Program-made: the position numbers and the translations under genes
The notes under the pieces: generated by a model
Databases searched by the model: none
Told to the model about the DNA's origin: nothing
Seen by the model: only the letters and a program-made list of their open reading frames with translations
Shown: positions 7,599 through 18,179 of the stretch, in pieces
Numbering within the stretch: position 1 is the first letter of the stretch
Layout: every line of letters starts with the position of its first letter
Origin: Lachnospiraceae bacterium
GTDB lineage: Bacteria; Bacillota; Clostridia; Lachnospirales; Lachnospiraceae
DNA length: 64,000 nucleotides
Direction of reading: 5' to 3'
NCBI GenBank assembly: GCA_024695465.1
Contig: JAILID010000154.1
Coordinates: 1,681 to 65,680, forward strand

Positions 7599-9272
7599 GT
7601 GGATACATCAACGATAAACGCGGCTTTGCTCCGTAAAATGTTTCTCAACGGAGCCAGAAATCTTGAGATAAAAAAAGAATGGATCAATGAGCTGAATGTT
7701 TTTCCCGTTCCGGACGGGGATACGGGAACCAATATGACGCTGACGATCATGTCGGCGGCGGAGGATGTCTCCCGCCTGTCCGACCCGACCATCGATGAGA
7801 TTGCCAGGGCGATCTCGTCGGGTTCCTTAAGAGGCGCCAGGGGAAATTCCGGCGTCATCCTCTCCCAGCTGCTCCGCGGCTTCACCAAAGTGATCCGGGA
7901 CCAGGGGGAGCTGGACGTCAAAGTAACCGCGGAAGCTTTCACCCGGGCAGTCGAGACGGCCTACAAGGCGGTCATGAAGCCCAAGGAGGGCACGATCCTT
8001 ACCGTGGCCAGGGCCATGTCGGAGAAGGCAAATGAACTTCTTGCGGATGATCTGGAATTCGCTCCTTTCTTTGAGGCGGTTCTGAAGGCGGGCGACGAGG
8101 CGCTCGCGAAGACCCCGGAGCTCCTGCCGGTCCTTAAAGAGGCAGGGGTTGTGGATTCGGGCGGCCAGGGCCTTATGTGCGTGATGCACGGGGCTGTCGA
8201 CGCCTATAACGGCCTTGAGCTGGACCTCAATTTCTCGGCTCCGAAGACGGCTCCGAAGGCGGTGCGCCAGCCGATCAGCACAGACGACATCAAGTTCGGC
8301 TACTGCACCGAGTTTATCGTAAAGCTAGAGAAGGAATTCGGCGAGGAAGATGAAGTTTCCATGAAGGAATACCTCATGTCCCTGGGCGACAGCCTTGTCT
8401 TCGTCGCGGGAGACGGGATGGTGAAGGTTCACGTCCACACCAATCACCCCGGCAGGGCTTTTGAGAAGGGCCTTGAGTACGGCCAGCTCACCCGCATGAA
8501 GGTGGACAATATGCGGGAAGAGCACGAGGAGAGGCTGTTTGGGTCGGATAAGGTCGCCGAAGCCAGGGCGCAGGAGATCGCCGCGGAGGAGGAGAAGAAG
8601 ACCCGGGAGAAAAAGCCGGCGGCCTTCATTGCCGTCTCCTCGGGTGAAGGCCTGTCCGATATCTTCCGCCAGCTCGGGGTCGATGTCATCATCGAAGGCG
8701 GACAGACCATGAATCCGAGCACAGACGACATGCTGAACGCGGTCAGGGAGGCGAACGCGGAGGATGTCTACATCCTGCCCAACAACAAGAATATCATCCT
8801 GGCAGCGAATCAGGCAGGGGAGCTTGCCGAGGAGTGCAGGGTCCACGTCATCCCGACCAGAACGATTCCCCAGGGGATCGCGGCGGTTATCGGATTTGTT
8901 CCGGAGAAGACTCCGGAAGAAAACGTCAGGGATATGGGCGAATGCGCCGCGGGAGTCAAGTCCGGGGAGATTACCTACGCCGTTCGGGATACGAAGATCG
9001 ACGGGGTTGAGATCCGTTCCGGCAATATCATGGGCATCGGCGACGACGGCATACTGGGCGTGGGGGATTCCATCAGCCAGGTGGCGCTTTCCGTGCTGGA
9101 AAAGCTGATCGACGAGGATTCGGAGCTTGTCAGCATCTATAACGGGAAGGATTTTCCGGAGGAAGCGGCAGAAGAGCTCTCGGCGCTGATCAGCGAGAAA
9201 TGGCCGGATATCGAAGTTGAGGTCAACTACGGAGGCCAGCCGGTCTATTACGTGGTCCTTTCCGTAGAATAA
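7599..9272 (+). CDS. yloV: DAK2 domain fusion protein YloV
   Basis: The Dak2 motif is NVFPVPDGDTGTNM. Synteny is conserved with asp23 and recG. A GTG at 7599 lies behind GGGAGG; the listed ATG at 7569 has no RBS. Confidence 0.85.
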   Translation: MDTSTINAALLRKMFLNGARNLEIKKEWINELNVFPVPDGDTGTNMTLTIMSAAEDVSRLSDPTIDEIARAISSGSLRGARGNSGVILSQLLRGFTKVIRDQGELDVKVTAEAFTRAVETAYKAVMKPKEGTILTVARAMSEKANELLADDLEFAPFFEAVLKAGDEALAKTPELLPVLKEAGVVDSGGQGLMCVMHGAVDAYNGLELDLNFSAPKTAPKAVRQPISTDDIKFGYCTEFIVKLEKEFGEEDEVSMKEYLMSLGDSLVFVAGDGMVKVHVHTNHPGRAFEKGLEYGQLTRMKVDNMREEHEERLFGSDKVAEARAQEIAAEEEKKTREKKPAAFIAVSSGEGLSDIFRQLGVDVIIEGGQTMNPSTDDMLNAVREANAEDVYILPNNKNIILAANQAGELAEECRVHVIPTRTIPQGIAAVIGFVPEKTPEENVRDMGECAAGVKSGEITYAVRDTKIDGVEIRSGNIMGIGDDGILGVGDSISQVALSVLEKLIDEDSELVSIYNGKDFPEEAAEELSALISEKWPDIEVEVNYGGQPVYYVVLSVE

Positions 9273-11317
9273 TGGAGATAAGAGAGATAAAGGGCGTTGG
9301 TCCTAAGACCGAGGCCCTTTTCCATAAACTGCATATCTTTACGGCGGAGGACCTTCTTAGCTGGTATCCGCTCCATTATGACGAGTATCTCCCCCCGGTT
9401 CCCATCGGGGAGGCTTGCGCCGGCGGGAAAGCTGCCGTGGAGGGGAGAATCAGCCGGGCGGTCAGCGTCCGCCGGTCGGGCGCGAGGACGATCTTGACGA
9501 CCGATATCGACGATCCTTCAGGGAGGCTGCGTCTTACCTGGTACAACGCTCCCTATATCAGGAGTCTTCTGGCCCGGGGATCGGTTTTCATTTTCCGGGG
9601 AAATATTTCGCTTCGGAACGGCGCGAAAGTGATGGAGCATCCGGAGATTTTCACGCTCCATCAGTATGATGAGAAAATAAAAACCCTGCTCCCCGTTTAC
9701 GGGCTCACCAGGGGCCTTGGCAACAACGCGGTGGGCAAGGCGGTAAAGGAAGCGCTTTCGATGAATCTGCTCCCCGCTGAATACCTGCCGGAAACCTTTC
9801 TGGATGAGACTGGGATGCTTGCGGAGGAGGAGGCTTTCAGGGCCGTTCATTTTCCAAAGAACAAGGAGGAGGCCCTCGCCGCCGTCCGGAGGCTCTCTTT
9901 CGACGAATTTTTCCTCTTTATCCTCGCCCTGCGAACCCTCCGCTCGCAGCTTTTGAGCGCGGAGAACGCTTTCCCGATGAAGCTGAGCTGGGATACCGAG
10001 CGGATGATGGAGGGGCTTCCTTTTTCGCTGACCCGGGCCCAGGAGGCTGCCTGGCGGGAAATTGAGGCGGATCTTGCGGGAGAGCGGCTGATGTCCCGGC
10101 TTATTCAGGGCGACGTGGGGTCGGGCAAGACGATTATTGCCTTCCTTGCCATGGCGATGACGGCTTCCAACGGCTTTCAGAGCGCGCTTATGGCTCCGAC
10201 GGAGGTGCTGGCCAGGCAGCATTACGAGAAGCTGGTCAAGCTGATCGCTGACCTGAAGCTTGAGAAGCTGCATCCGGTCCTCCTTACGGGAGGGCTTACG
10301 GCTTCCAGAAAAAGGGAGGCGCTCCGGGCCATCGCCGAGGGGACGGCGAACGCGGTCATAGGGACCCATGCCCTGATCGAGGACAAGGTGTCCTATAAGG
10401 CGCTTGCCCTGGTCGTCACGGACGAGCAGCACCGCTTTGGGGTCTCCCAGCGGGAGCTTCTCTTAAAGAAGGGGTCTCCGCCCCACCTGATGGTCATGTC
10501 GGCGACGCCGATTCCCCGGACGCTGGGCATTATCTGCTACGGGGATCTGGACGTATCCGTCATCGGGGAGCTCCCTAAAAACCGCCTTCCGATTAAAAAC
10601 TGCGTCGTCGGGCCTTCTTTCTGGGGGGCGGCCCTGCGCTTTATCGCGAAGGAGGCGGAGGCGGGCCGCCAGGCTTACGTCATCTGTCCGATGATCGAAC
10701 CCGCGGAGGGGATGGAGGCGGATAATGTGCTGGATACCGCCCGCAGGCTCAAAAAAGAGCTGCCGTCTTATTCCATCGGGATCCTTCACGGCCGCATGAA
10801 GCCGGCTGAGAAGAATAAGGTGATGGAGGATTTCGCGGAGGGGACCATTCAGATCCTGGTATCGACGACGGTCGTGGAGGTAGGCGTCGACGTGCCGAAC
10901 GCGTCGGTCATGATGATCCTGGGGGCTGAACGCTTCGGCCTTGCCCAGCTGCACCAGCTGAGGGGCCGGGTCGGCAGGGGGACAGAGCAGTCCTACTGCA
11001 TCTTTATGTCCGGCCAGGAGAGCGAGACCGTGAAGAAGAGGATGGAGATCCTGAAGAACTCGAATAACGGCCTTGAAATTGCGGAAAAGGATTTTGAACT
11101 CCGGGGGCCGGGAGACCTGCTGGGGATCCGGCAGAGCGGGGACGCCCTCTTTAAGATCGGGGATCCGGCCAGGGACCGGGATGTCATCGTCTCGGCCGGA
11201 AAGCTTGCCGCCTCCCTGATGGAAAGAGATCCGGAGCTTGCCGGGGCGGAGCACGCGCCCATAAAAAAACGGCTGGACGCCTATATGGAGGAGAGTTCCA
11301 AAACGATCACCCTTTAA
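9272..11317 (+). CDS. recG: ATP-dependent DNA helicase RecG
   Basis: Walker A is GDVGSGKT and the DEAH-type box is TDEQHRFG. The RecG wedge and helicase C domains have the expected length. There is a TAATG overlap with yloV. Confidence 0.95.
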   Translation: MEIREIKGVGPKTEALFHKLHIFTAEDLLSWYPLHYDEYLPPVPIGEACAGGKAAVEGRISRAVSVRRSGARTILTTDIDDPSGRLRLTWYNAPYIRSLLARGSVFIFRGNISLRNGAKVMEHPEIFTLHQYDEKIKTLLPVYGLTRGLGNNAVGKAVKEALSMNLLPAEYLPETFLDETGMLAEEEAFRAVHFPKNKEEALAAVRRLSFDEFFLFILALRTLRSQLLSAENAFPMKLSWDTERMMEGLPFSLTRAQEAAWREIEADLAGERLMSRLIQGDVGSGKTIIAFLAMAMTASNGFQSALMAPTEVLARQHYEKLVKLIADLKLEKLHPVLLTGGLTASRKREALRAIAEGTANAVIGTHALIEDKVSYKALALVVTDEQHRFGVSQRELLLKKGSPPHLMVMSATPIPRTLGIICYGDLDVSVIGELPKNRLPIKNCVVGPSFWGAALRFIAKEAEAGRQAYVICPMIEPAEGMEADNVLDTARRLKKELPSYSIGILHGRMKPAEKNKVMEDFAEGTIQILVSTTVVEVGVDVPNASVMMILGAERFGLAQLHQLRGRVGRGTEQSYCIFMSGQESETVKKRMEILKNSNNGLEIAEKDFELRGPGDLLGIRQSGDALFKIGDPARDRDVIVSAGKLAASLMERDPELAGAEHAPIKKRLDAYMEESSKTITL

Positions 11318-11410
11318 TCTGCCGGGAGCAGGCATAGGGGGAAAAGAGCACAAGGGGCCGCGTTATTGTCATATAGCTTGCCGAAAAATCACAAATACAT
11401 GAAAAAATCC

Positions 11411-11439
11411 TTGTTATTTTTGGTGAATTTTGCTAAAAT
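11411..11439 (+). promoter_or_regulatory. Sigma-A promoter (TTGTTA-17-TGcTAAAAT)
   Basis: The hexamers and 17-nt spacing were read directly. It lies ~145 nt upstream of mgsA. Confidence 0.55.
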
Positions 11440-11584
11440 GTAAGAAGTGAAAAAACAGTTTTCGTTTTTCTCCTGTCCTGCGCCGGGATCCGGTATGCCC
11501 GTCAGCGGTCCGGGGCCTGCAGGGGAAGTTTGATGGCATCTGTGAAGAATGGGCAGAAGGCAAGCCATTCTGAAAGAGGGAGAC

Positions 11585-11995
11585 ATGAACGTAGGAATTA
11601 TAGCGCACAACAGTAAAAAAACTCTTATAGAGGACTTTTGTATTGCCTACAAGGGAATTCTGGCCCGGCATGATATTTACGCGACCGGGACGACCGGACG
11701 GAGAATCGAGGAAGTAACCAATCTGAGAGTTCACAAGTTCCATCCCGGCTCCATCGGCGGGGACAAGCAGTTCACCGAGATGATTGAGCGGAACGCCATG
11801 GATATGGTTATCCTCTTTTATAATCCGAATATGATCGATCCCGGCGATCCGGATGTGGTGACGATCGTAATGGCCTGCGACCGCAACAGCATTCCCGTGG
11901 CGACGAATATCGCGACGGCGGAGATGCTGGTTCTGGGTCTCGGGCGGGGCGATCTTGACTGGCGGCTCAGCATGAAGAGCAGCGATATCCTATGA
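11585..11995 (+). CDS. mgsA: Methylglyoxal synthase
   Basis: MNVGIIAHNSKK...YATGTTG is the MGS signature. The RBS is GAGGGAG. Confidence 0.85.
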   Translation: MNVGIIAHNSKKTLIEDFCIAYKGILARHDIYATGTTGRRIEEVTNLRVHKFHPGSIGGDKQFTEMIERNAMDMVILFYNPNMIDPGDPDVVTIVMACDRNSIPVATNIATAEMLVLGLGRGDLDWRLSMKSSDIL

Positions 11996-12540
11996 GGGTG
12001 ATAGCGGGAACGGCCAGGTCCATGCCCATAAGGACTGTCAAGGGAATGGACGTGCGTCCGACGACGGACCGGACCAAGGAAACGCTCTTCAATATCCTGC
12101 AGCCCTATATTCCGGGAGGCCGTTTTCTTGACCTCTACGCGGGGACGGGCGCCATCGGGATCGAGGCGCTCTCAAGAGGCGCGGAGCTGGCTGTATTTGT
12201 GGAAAAGGTCAGGACGACGCAGCTTCTGATTGAGGAGAATCTCCGCTTTACGAAGCTTGCGGATCGGGCCAGGGTCATCAGGGGTGATGTCAATTCCGTC
12301 CTCACAAGGCTGTCGGACGGTTCTTTTGACGTTATTTTTATGGATCCGCCTTTTTCAAAAGGACTTGAGAAGGACACCCTGTTTCTCCTGAAGGACACGA
12401 AACTGATCGCCCCGGAGGGAATCGTCGTGGTGGAGGCCCGCCCCGGGACGGATTTCTCCTATCTTGAGGATTTCGGTTACGAGCTCGTAAAGGAACGGGT
12501 CTATTCCATGAGCGAGCATTTATTTTTAAAAAGAAGGTGA
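11992..12540 (+). CDS. rsmD: 16S rRNA (guanine966-N2)-methyltransferase RsmD
   Basis: RVIAGTARS...RPTTDRTKE..FN, then LDLYAGTGAIGIEALSRGA and the DPPF motif. The ATGA overlap and the position before coaD are conserved. Confidence 0.9.
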   Translation: MRVIAGTARSMPIRTVKGMDVRPTTDRTKETLFNILQPYIPGGRFLDLYAGTGAIGIEALSRGAELAVFVEKVRTTQLLIEENLRFTKLADRARVIRGDVNSVLTRLSDGSFDVIFMDPPFSKGLEKDTLFLLKDTKLIAPEGIVVVEARPGTDFSYLEDFGYELVKERVYSMSEHLFLKRR

Positions 12541-12549
12541 GGCTGGCAT

Positions 12550-13041
12550 ATGCGCCGTGCAGTATATCCCGGATCTTTCGATCCGGTAACCAATGGCCAT
12601 CTGGACATTATCAAGAGGGCGTCAGAACAGTTTGACGAGGTGATTGTCGGGGTTTTGAATAATTCTAAAAAAACTCCGTTGTTTTCGGCGGAAGAACGTG
12701 TTAATATGATTAAGTGTATCACATCTGATCTGCCGAATATCCGGGTTCGTTCCTTTGAGGGGCTTTCCGTCAATTTTGTACGCGAATGCGGCGCCCAGGT
12801 CATTATCAGGGGACTTCGGGCCATCACGGATTTTGAATATGAGCTGCAGATGGCGCAGACGAACCGGGTCATGGCTCCGGATGTCGATACCATGTTTCTG
12901 ATCACCAGTCTGGAGTACGCGTACCTCAGCTCCACGACGGTTAAGGAGGTAGCGTCATTCGGTGAGGATTTAGACAAGTTTGTTCAGCCTGTTGTGGCGG
13001 ATGCGCTGCGCAATAAGTTCAGGACAAGAATTATGCAATAA
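12550..13041 (+). CDS. coaD: Phosphopantetheine adenylyltransferase
   Basis: [18 protein letters not shown] and the ISSTTVKE motif. Confidence 0.95.
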   Translation: MRRAVYPGSFDPVTNGHLDIIKRASEQFDEVIVGVLNNSKKTPLFSAEERVNMIKCITSDLPNIRVRSFEGLSVNFVRECGAQVIIRGLRAITDFEYELQMAQTNRVMAPDVDTMFLITSLEYAYLSSTTVKEVASFGEDLDKFVQPVVADALRNKFRTRIMQ

Positions 13042-13057
13042 GGAGAGTATAAATAAT

Positions 13058-13657
13058 ATGGCCAGCAGAATCGAACAAATCATTGAAGAGATTGAAGAGT
13101 ACGTTGACAGCTGTAAGTTCCAGCCCCTTTCCACTACGAAGATCGTCGTAAACAAGGAAGAGCTTGAAGAACTCTTAAGGGAGCTCAGGCTGAAAACACC
13201 GGAAGAGATCAAGCGCTACCAGAAAATCATTTCCAACAAGGACGCGATACTGGCGGACGCCCAGTCCAAAGCCGACGGAATTATAGCCGCCGCGGAAGCG
13301 AGAGCCAAGGAGCTTGTCAACCAGCATGAGGTGACCCGTCAGGCCTACGACCAGGCCAACGAGACCATCGCCCGCTGCAACCAGCAGGCCCAGTCGATTA
13401 TCGACGAGGCAAACCGCCAGGCCAACGCGATCAGTTCTTCCGCCATCTCGTATACAGACGACATGCTCGCAAACCTCGAAAACATATTGGGCAGCACCCT
13501 TCAGGAATCCGGCGCGCGCTACAAGGCTTTTGTCGATTCCATACAGAGTACCTATTCAACGGTTCTGAGCAACCGGAAGGAACTTTCACCTTCGGGCGGG
13601 AGTACGGCGCCTGAACCGGTCTATACGGATCTGGATATCGAGGAAGACGAAGAATAA
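13058..13657 (+). CDS. Hypothetical coiled-coil protein (ATPase subunit b/H-like low-complexity helices)
   Basis: AGGAGAG RBS before the ATG at 13058. The sequence has Ala/Glu/Gln-rich heptad character. No catalytic motif was recognised. Confidence 0.6.
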   Translation: MASRIEQIIEEIEEYVDSCKFQPLSTTKIVVNKEELEELLRELRLKTPEEIKRYQKIISNKDAILADAQSKADGIIAAAEARAKELVNQHEVTRQAYDQANETIARCNQQAQSIIDEANRQANAISSSAISYTDDMLANLENILGSTLQESGARYKAFVDSIQSTYSTVLSNRKELSPSGGSTAPEPVYTDLDIEEDEE

Positions 13658-13736
13658 GGAGTTTCAGGGGGGATGTTCGAGAGGATATCCCTTTTCTATT
13701 TTGCGGTTCATAACTATTCAATAGGAGGAAAAGAGC

Positions 13737-15188
13737 GTGGGAGAAGAATTAAAGAATTTATCACCGGAAAACGTGTTCGAGTACTTTGCGGCAATCTCGA
13801 AAATTCCCCGCGGTTCCGGCAATACAAAGGGAATGACTGAATATCTGCTTGATTTTGCCGCAAAGCGGGGCCTTCCGGCTGAAGCGGATGAAATCGGGAA
13901 CGTCATCATCAAAAAAGGAGCTTCCGAGGGTTATGAGGAAGCGGAAACGGTCATCCTGCAGGGACATGTGGATATGGTGTGCGTCAGCGCTCCGGGCGTC
14001 GTCCACGATTTCGAGAAGGATCCCATCCATCTGATTGCCGACGGGGATTACCTCATGGCGGACGGGACCACTTTGGGGGGAGACGACGGCATCGCGGCGG
14101 CTTATATGCTGGCGATCCTTTCGGACGATACCGTGGCCCATCCGAATCTTGAATGTCTCTTTACGGTGGATGAAGAGACCGGTCTGGCCGGCGCGTCCGC
14201 TTTTGATTTTTCAAAACTAAAAGGCAGGAAGCTCATTAATATCGATTCGGAGAAGGAGGGGATCCTGACGGTCGGCTGCGCCGGAGGCATAAGGGCCGAC
14301 GTCGTCCTTCCGATTCGAAGAGCCGTCGTCAAGGGGATGCCGGTCCTGGTGGAGATCAAAGGACTTCTTGGCGGGCATTCGGGCGCGGATATCGGCTGCG
14401 GCCGCATCAACGCCAACAAGCTTATGGGTCGCTACCTGTCGGAGCTTGACGGGCTCGCCCCGCTCTCCCTGGTCGACGTCTTCGGGGGAGACAAGGACAA
14501 CGCGATCCCCGCATTTGCCAGGACGCATTTTGTGATCGATGAGGATGATCTGGAGAAAGCCCGGACTTTTACGGCGGAGTTCTCCGCCAGGGTTCGGAAG
14601 GAATACGCCGGAACGGATGAAGGGCTTGCGATAACGCTTGAAAGCGGGCACACGCACAAGGTCAAGGCCATGGACGCGGACAGCCAGCAGAAGGTTATCC
14701 TCTTCCTCAGCCAGGCCGCAGACGGGGTCTATCACATGAGCGGCACAACGCCGGGTCTGGTCCAGACTTCATCGAATCTCGGAATCATGCGGACCGGCGA
14801 CGTTCAGTTCGTAGCCAGCTCCCTCATTCGGAGCAGCGTGCTTTCTGAGCGGGATCTCATTGCTGAAAAGTTCCGGGAGCTGGCCTCCTTCCTGGGCGGG
14901 CGCGTCCTTCTTCGGGATGGCTATCCGGCCTGGGAGTACAGGCAGGATTCGGACTTAAGGGAGCTGATGGTTGAGGTCTACAAGGCCATGTACGAGGAAG
15001 AGCCGAAGATCGAGGTGATTCACGCCGGGCTTGAATGCGGGATCTTCTATGGGAAGGAACCGTCGCTCGACGCGGTTTCAATCGGTCCGGACATGATCGG
15101 CATCCATACGCCGAAGGAGAAGCTGTCTGTCTCCTCTGTGGGCCGGGTCTATGATTTCCTGCTGTCCGTCCTGGCCTCTATGGCTTAA
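13737..15188 (+). CDS. pepD: Aminoacyl-histidine (Xaa-His) dipeptidase PepD, M20 family
   Basis: LSPENVFEYFAAISKIPRGSG, QGHVDMV and TTLGGDDGIAAA closely parallel E. coli PepD. The start is GTG. Confidence 0.9.
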   Translation: MGEELKNLSPENVFEYFAAISKIPRGSGNTKGMTEYLLDFAAKRGLPAEADEIGNVIIKKGASEGYEEAETVILQGHVDMVCVSAPGVVHDFEKDPIHLIADGDYLMADGTTLGGDDGIAAAYMLAILSDDTVAHPNLECLFTVDEETGLAGASAFDFSKLKGRKLINIDSEKEGILTVGCAGGIRADVVLPIRRAVVKGMPVLVEIKGLLGGHSGADIGCGRINANKLMGRYLSELDGLAPLSLVDVFGGDKDNAIPAFARTHFVIDEDDLEKARTFTAEFSARVRKEYAGTDEGLAITLESGHTHKVKAMDADSQQKVILFLSQAADGVYHMSGTTPGLVQTSSNLGIMRTGDVQFVASSLIRSSVLSERDLIAEKFRELASFLGGRVLLRDGYPAWEYRQDSDLRELMVEVYKAMYEEEPKIEVIHAGLECGIFYGKEPSLDAVSIGPDMIGIHTPKEKLSVSSVGRVYDFLLSVLASMA

Positions 15189-15203
15189 AAGACTGGAGTG
15201 TTT

Positions 15204-16019
15204 ATGGAAATACAGCTTTGGAGAGAGCTCCTTCACCCCTATGAGATGGCGGTAGAGGAGATCGTCTCTAAATTCAACGCCCTCCGGGAAGAGTACAAGA
15301 AGAACAGTCTCTACTCCCCGATCGAGAGGGTTACGGGCCGGGTCAAGAGCGTTTCCAGCATTCTTGAGAAGATGCAGCGGAAAAACGTCTCATTTGAGAA
15401 CCTGGAACAGGAAATCGAGGATATAGCCGGGGTCCGGGTCATCTGCCAGTTCGTCGAGGACATCGAAAAGGTGGCCTCCCTGATCGTTATGCGCCAGGAT
15501 ATGAAAGTCATCGAGCGGAAGGATTATCTGGCCAACCAGAAGAAAAGCGGCTACCGGAGCCTGCATCTTATCGTGGAATATATGGTGGAGACGATCCACG
15601 GCCCCCGGAGAGTCCTCGCGGAGATCCAGATTCGGACCATGGCGATGAATTTCTGGGCGACGACCGAGCATTCGCTCCAGTATAAATACAAAGGCGAGAT
15701 TCCGCCCCATGTCAGCCTCCAGCTCTCCAAGGCGGCAGACGCGATCTTCGTCCTTGACAACGAGATGTCCCAGGTGCGCTCGGAGATCATCGACGCCCAG
15801 ATCGATTCCCAGATCCAGACCCGCCTGGTCAAGGATATCTTAACGGCCATCGAGAATCTCTATCACGTGGCCAGCACCCGCGAGGTGCGGAAGATACAGG
15901 ACGAATTCTACCGGATCTACAGTCTGCACGACCTGGAGGAACTGAAACGCTTTCAGAAGCAGCTCGATATCTTTGCCGAAGGCTACCGGGCCCAATCGGT
16001 TGATTCGGCTCCGCTCTGA
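15204..16019 (+). CDS. Small alarmone synthetase (GTP pyrophosphokinase, RelQ/RelP-type)
   Basis: RelA/SpoT synthetase core: PIERVTGRVKS..SILEKM, GYRSLHLIV, EIQIRT..M..WA..EH. There is no hydrolase domain. Confidence 0.85.
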   Translation: MEIQLWRELLHPYEMAVEEIVSKFNALREEYKKNSLYSPIERVTGRVKSVSSILEKMQRKNVSFENLEQEIEDIAGVRVICQFVEDIEKVASLIVMRQDMKVIERKDYLANQKKSGYRSLHLIVEYMVETIHGPRRVLAEIQIRTMAMNFWATTEHSLQYKYKGEIPPHVSLQLSKAADAIFVLDNEMSQVRSEIIDAQIDSQIQTRLVKDILTAIENLYHVASTREVRKIQDEFYRIYSLHDLEELKRFQKQLDIFAEGYRAQSVDSAPL

Positions 16020-16031
16020 GGAAGGAGGCCT

Positions 16032-17363
16032 ATGCTTCTGCCTGAAGAATACGAAAAAAACATGCGCGAACTCTTGAAAGAGGACTATCCCGCTTATCGG
16101 GATAGTCTTCTTATGCTGCCGGTAAACGGCCTTCGGGTAAATGAAAACCGGATCCTTCTTCCGGAATTCGAGGAGCTTCTTCTGCGGCTCGGAAAGGAAG
16201 TTCCCTCAAAGCTTTCCTTTGTCCCCAACGGTTTTCGAATCGCGGATACGGGAGAGTTCTCCAAAAGCCCGCTTTTTTCGGCAGGGCTTTACTATCTGCA
16301 GGAGCCCTCGGCCATGCTTCCGGCCCGGATGCTGCCCATAAGGTCCGGGGAGCGGGTCCTCGATCTCTGCGCGGCGCCGGGAGGCAAGGCGACGGAGCTG
16401 GCCGCCCGGCTTAAGGGCAGCGGGATGCTGCTGGCCAACGACATCTCCGCAAGCCGCGCCGCGGCGCTCCGGCGGAACACGGAGCTTATGGGGCTTGCGA
16501 ATGTCTTCATTTCCTGCGAAAAGCCGGAAAGGCTGGCCCGGAGCTTCCCAGGTTATTTTGACAGGATCCTCGTCGACGCCCCCTGTTCGGGGGAGGGGAT
16601 GTTTCGGAGGGAGCCGGCCATGACCGGCCACTGGAAAGAAAAGGGGCCTTCCTCTTACGCCCCGCTTTCGCGTGAGATCCTGAAATCCGCCGTCCGGATG
16701 CTTGCCCCCGGCGGAATGCTCCTTTATTCAACTTGCACCTTTTCGCCGGAGGAAAATGAAAAGAATGTGCTGTCCCTGCTTGAGGCGGAGCCGGAGCTTT
16801 CCCTCCTGGAGATCCCGGCAGGCGAGGGCTTCTGCCCGGGAGTCCTGCCCGGGACGGAGGGCTGCGCGCGCCTCTATCCCCACAAGGGACCTTTCGAGGG
16901 CCAGTTTCTTGCGCTCTTTCAAAAGGCCGGGAGCCCGCCCGAACGGAAGGCGGAGAGGAAAGCGCTCTACGAGAAAAACAGGGAGTTATACCGGCTTCCG
17001 GGGGCCGCGCTGCCGGATCCGTCCCTCCGCTATCTTCTGACCGGCCTGCATCTGGGAACGATTAAAAAGAACAGGCTTGCCCTCTCGCAGGCCCTCGCCC
17101 AGACCCTGAAGGCCGGAGAGTGGCCGAAAACCCTGAACCTTGGCGCGCAGGATCCCCGGACAGCGCGCTTTCTTAAGGGCGAGACGATTGAATTTGATAC
17201 CGCGGAGCTTTCGGACGGGGCTTATGCGGATCCGGCGTTTTCAGAAATTTTTGGGGAGAGAAAAGAGATCCTGCTGGCGCTGGAGGGCTTCGGCATCGGC
17301 TTCGGGCTGAAGAACGGCAGCCTGCTCAAGAACAAGCGGGATCCGGGATGGAGGCGGCAGTGA
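16032..17363 (+). CDS. NOL1/NOP2/Sun-family RNA m5C methyltransferase (RsmF-like)
   Basis: SAM-binding site DLCAAPGGKAT. Catalytic motifs DAPCSGEGMFR and YSTCT. Confidence 0.85.
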   Translation: MLLPEEYEKNMRELLKEDYPAYRDSLLMLPVNGLRVNENRILLPEFEELLLRLGKEVPSKLSFVPNGFRIADTGEFSKSPLFSAGLYYLQEPSAMLPARMLPIRSGERVLDLCAAPGGKATELAARLKGSGMLLANDISASRAAALRRNTELMGLANVFISCEKPERLARSFPGYFDRILVDAPCSGEGMFRREPAMTGHWKEKGPSSYAPLSREILKSAVRMLAPGGMLLYSTCTFSPEENEKNVLSLLEAEPELSLLEIPAGEGFCPGVLPGTEGCARLYPHKGPFEGQFLALFQKAGSPPERKAERKALYEKNRELYRLPGAALPDPSLRYLLTGLHLGTIKKNRLALSQALAQTLKAGEWPKTLNLGAQDPRTARFLKGETIEFDTAELSDGAYADPAFSEIFGERKEILLALEGFGIGFGLKNGSLLKNKRDPGWRRQ

Positions 17364-18026
17364 ATGAAAAAGCTTGATGTACGCGCCTATAAGGGCGTCG
17401 TCTTCGATCTGGACGGGACCCTCATCGATTCGATGGGGATGTGGCAGGAGATCGACCGGGAATATCTGGCCCGCTTTGGGCTCAAGGCGCCGGAGAACCT
17501 GCAGAAGGAGGTAAACGGGCTTCCCTTTACGGAGGTGGCGGTCTATTTTAAGGAGCGTTTCGGAATCAGGGACAGTCTGGAGCAGATCGGGGAAGACTGG
17601 CGGGAGATGGCCCGCCAAAAATATGTCAACAGCGTCCCCTTAAAAAGAGGGGTCCGGGAGCTTCTCTTCTTTTTAAAAGAGGAAGGGATCCCCACGGCCA
17701 TCGCTTCGAGCAACCATGCGGAGCTGATCGAATCCATCCTCAGGCGCCATGGGGTGAGGGAGCTTATCGGGCCGATCGTCACCTGCGACGACGCCGGGGC
17801 CGGAAAGCCGGAACCGGCGGTTTATCTTGCGGCCGCGCGAAAGCTCGGCCTCCCGCCCTCCTGCTGCCTCGTCTTTGAGGACGTGCCGGCCGGCGTTCTG
17901 GCCGGCAGACGGGCCGGGATGGATGTCTGCGCCGTCCGGGATCCGGACTTCCTCAGGGAGTCGGAAGAGGCGGAGAGGCTGGCGGATTTCGCGATTGACG
18001 ATTTTTTTCCGTGCATACCGCTGTGA
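17364..18026 (+). CDS. HAD-superfamily hydrolase (beta-phosphoglucomutase/phosphatase-like)
   Basis: Motif I is VVFDLDGTLIDS. Motif III is GKP.P. Motif IV is VFEDVPAG. Confidence 0.85.
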   Translation: MKKLDVRAYKGVVFDLDGTLIDSMGMWQEIDREYLARFGLKAPENLQKEVNGLPFTEVAVYFKERFGIRDSLEQIGEDWREMARQKYVNSVPLKRGVRELLFFLKEEGIPTAIASSNHAELIESILRRHGVRELIGPIVTCDDAGAGKPEPAVYLAAARKLGLPPSCCLVFEDVPAGVLAGRRAGMDVCAVRDPDFLRESEEAERLADFAIDDFFPCIPL

Positions 18027-18179
18027 TCTGTGGTATTATAGCAAGCGATAAAACTATTGGATGCTTTTATGGAAACATTTCGCGGGGATCCGCCCTGTTT
18101 TGGCCGCAGGAAGCGGCGAAAATCCCGCGTTTCATCCCGCAGGGCGGGATGGGATGTTCTCGCAAAGGAGTGAAAAATT

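Noticed and set aside
9518-11353. 304-aa and 296-aa minus-strand ORFs
   Set aside because: They are antisense to recG, whose helicase motifs are unambiguous on the + strand.
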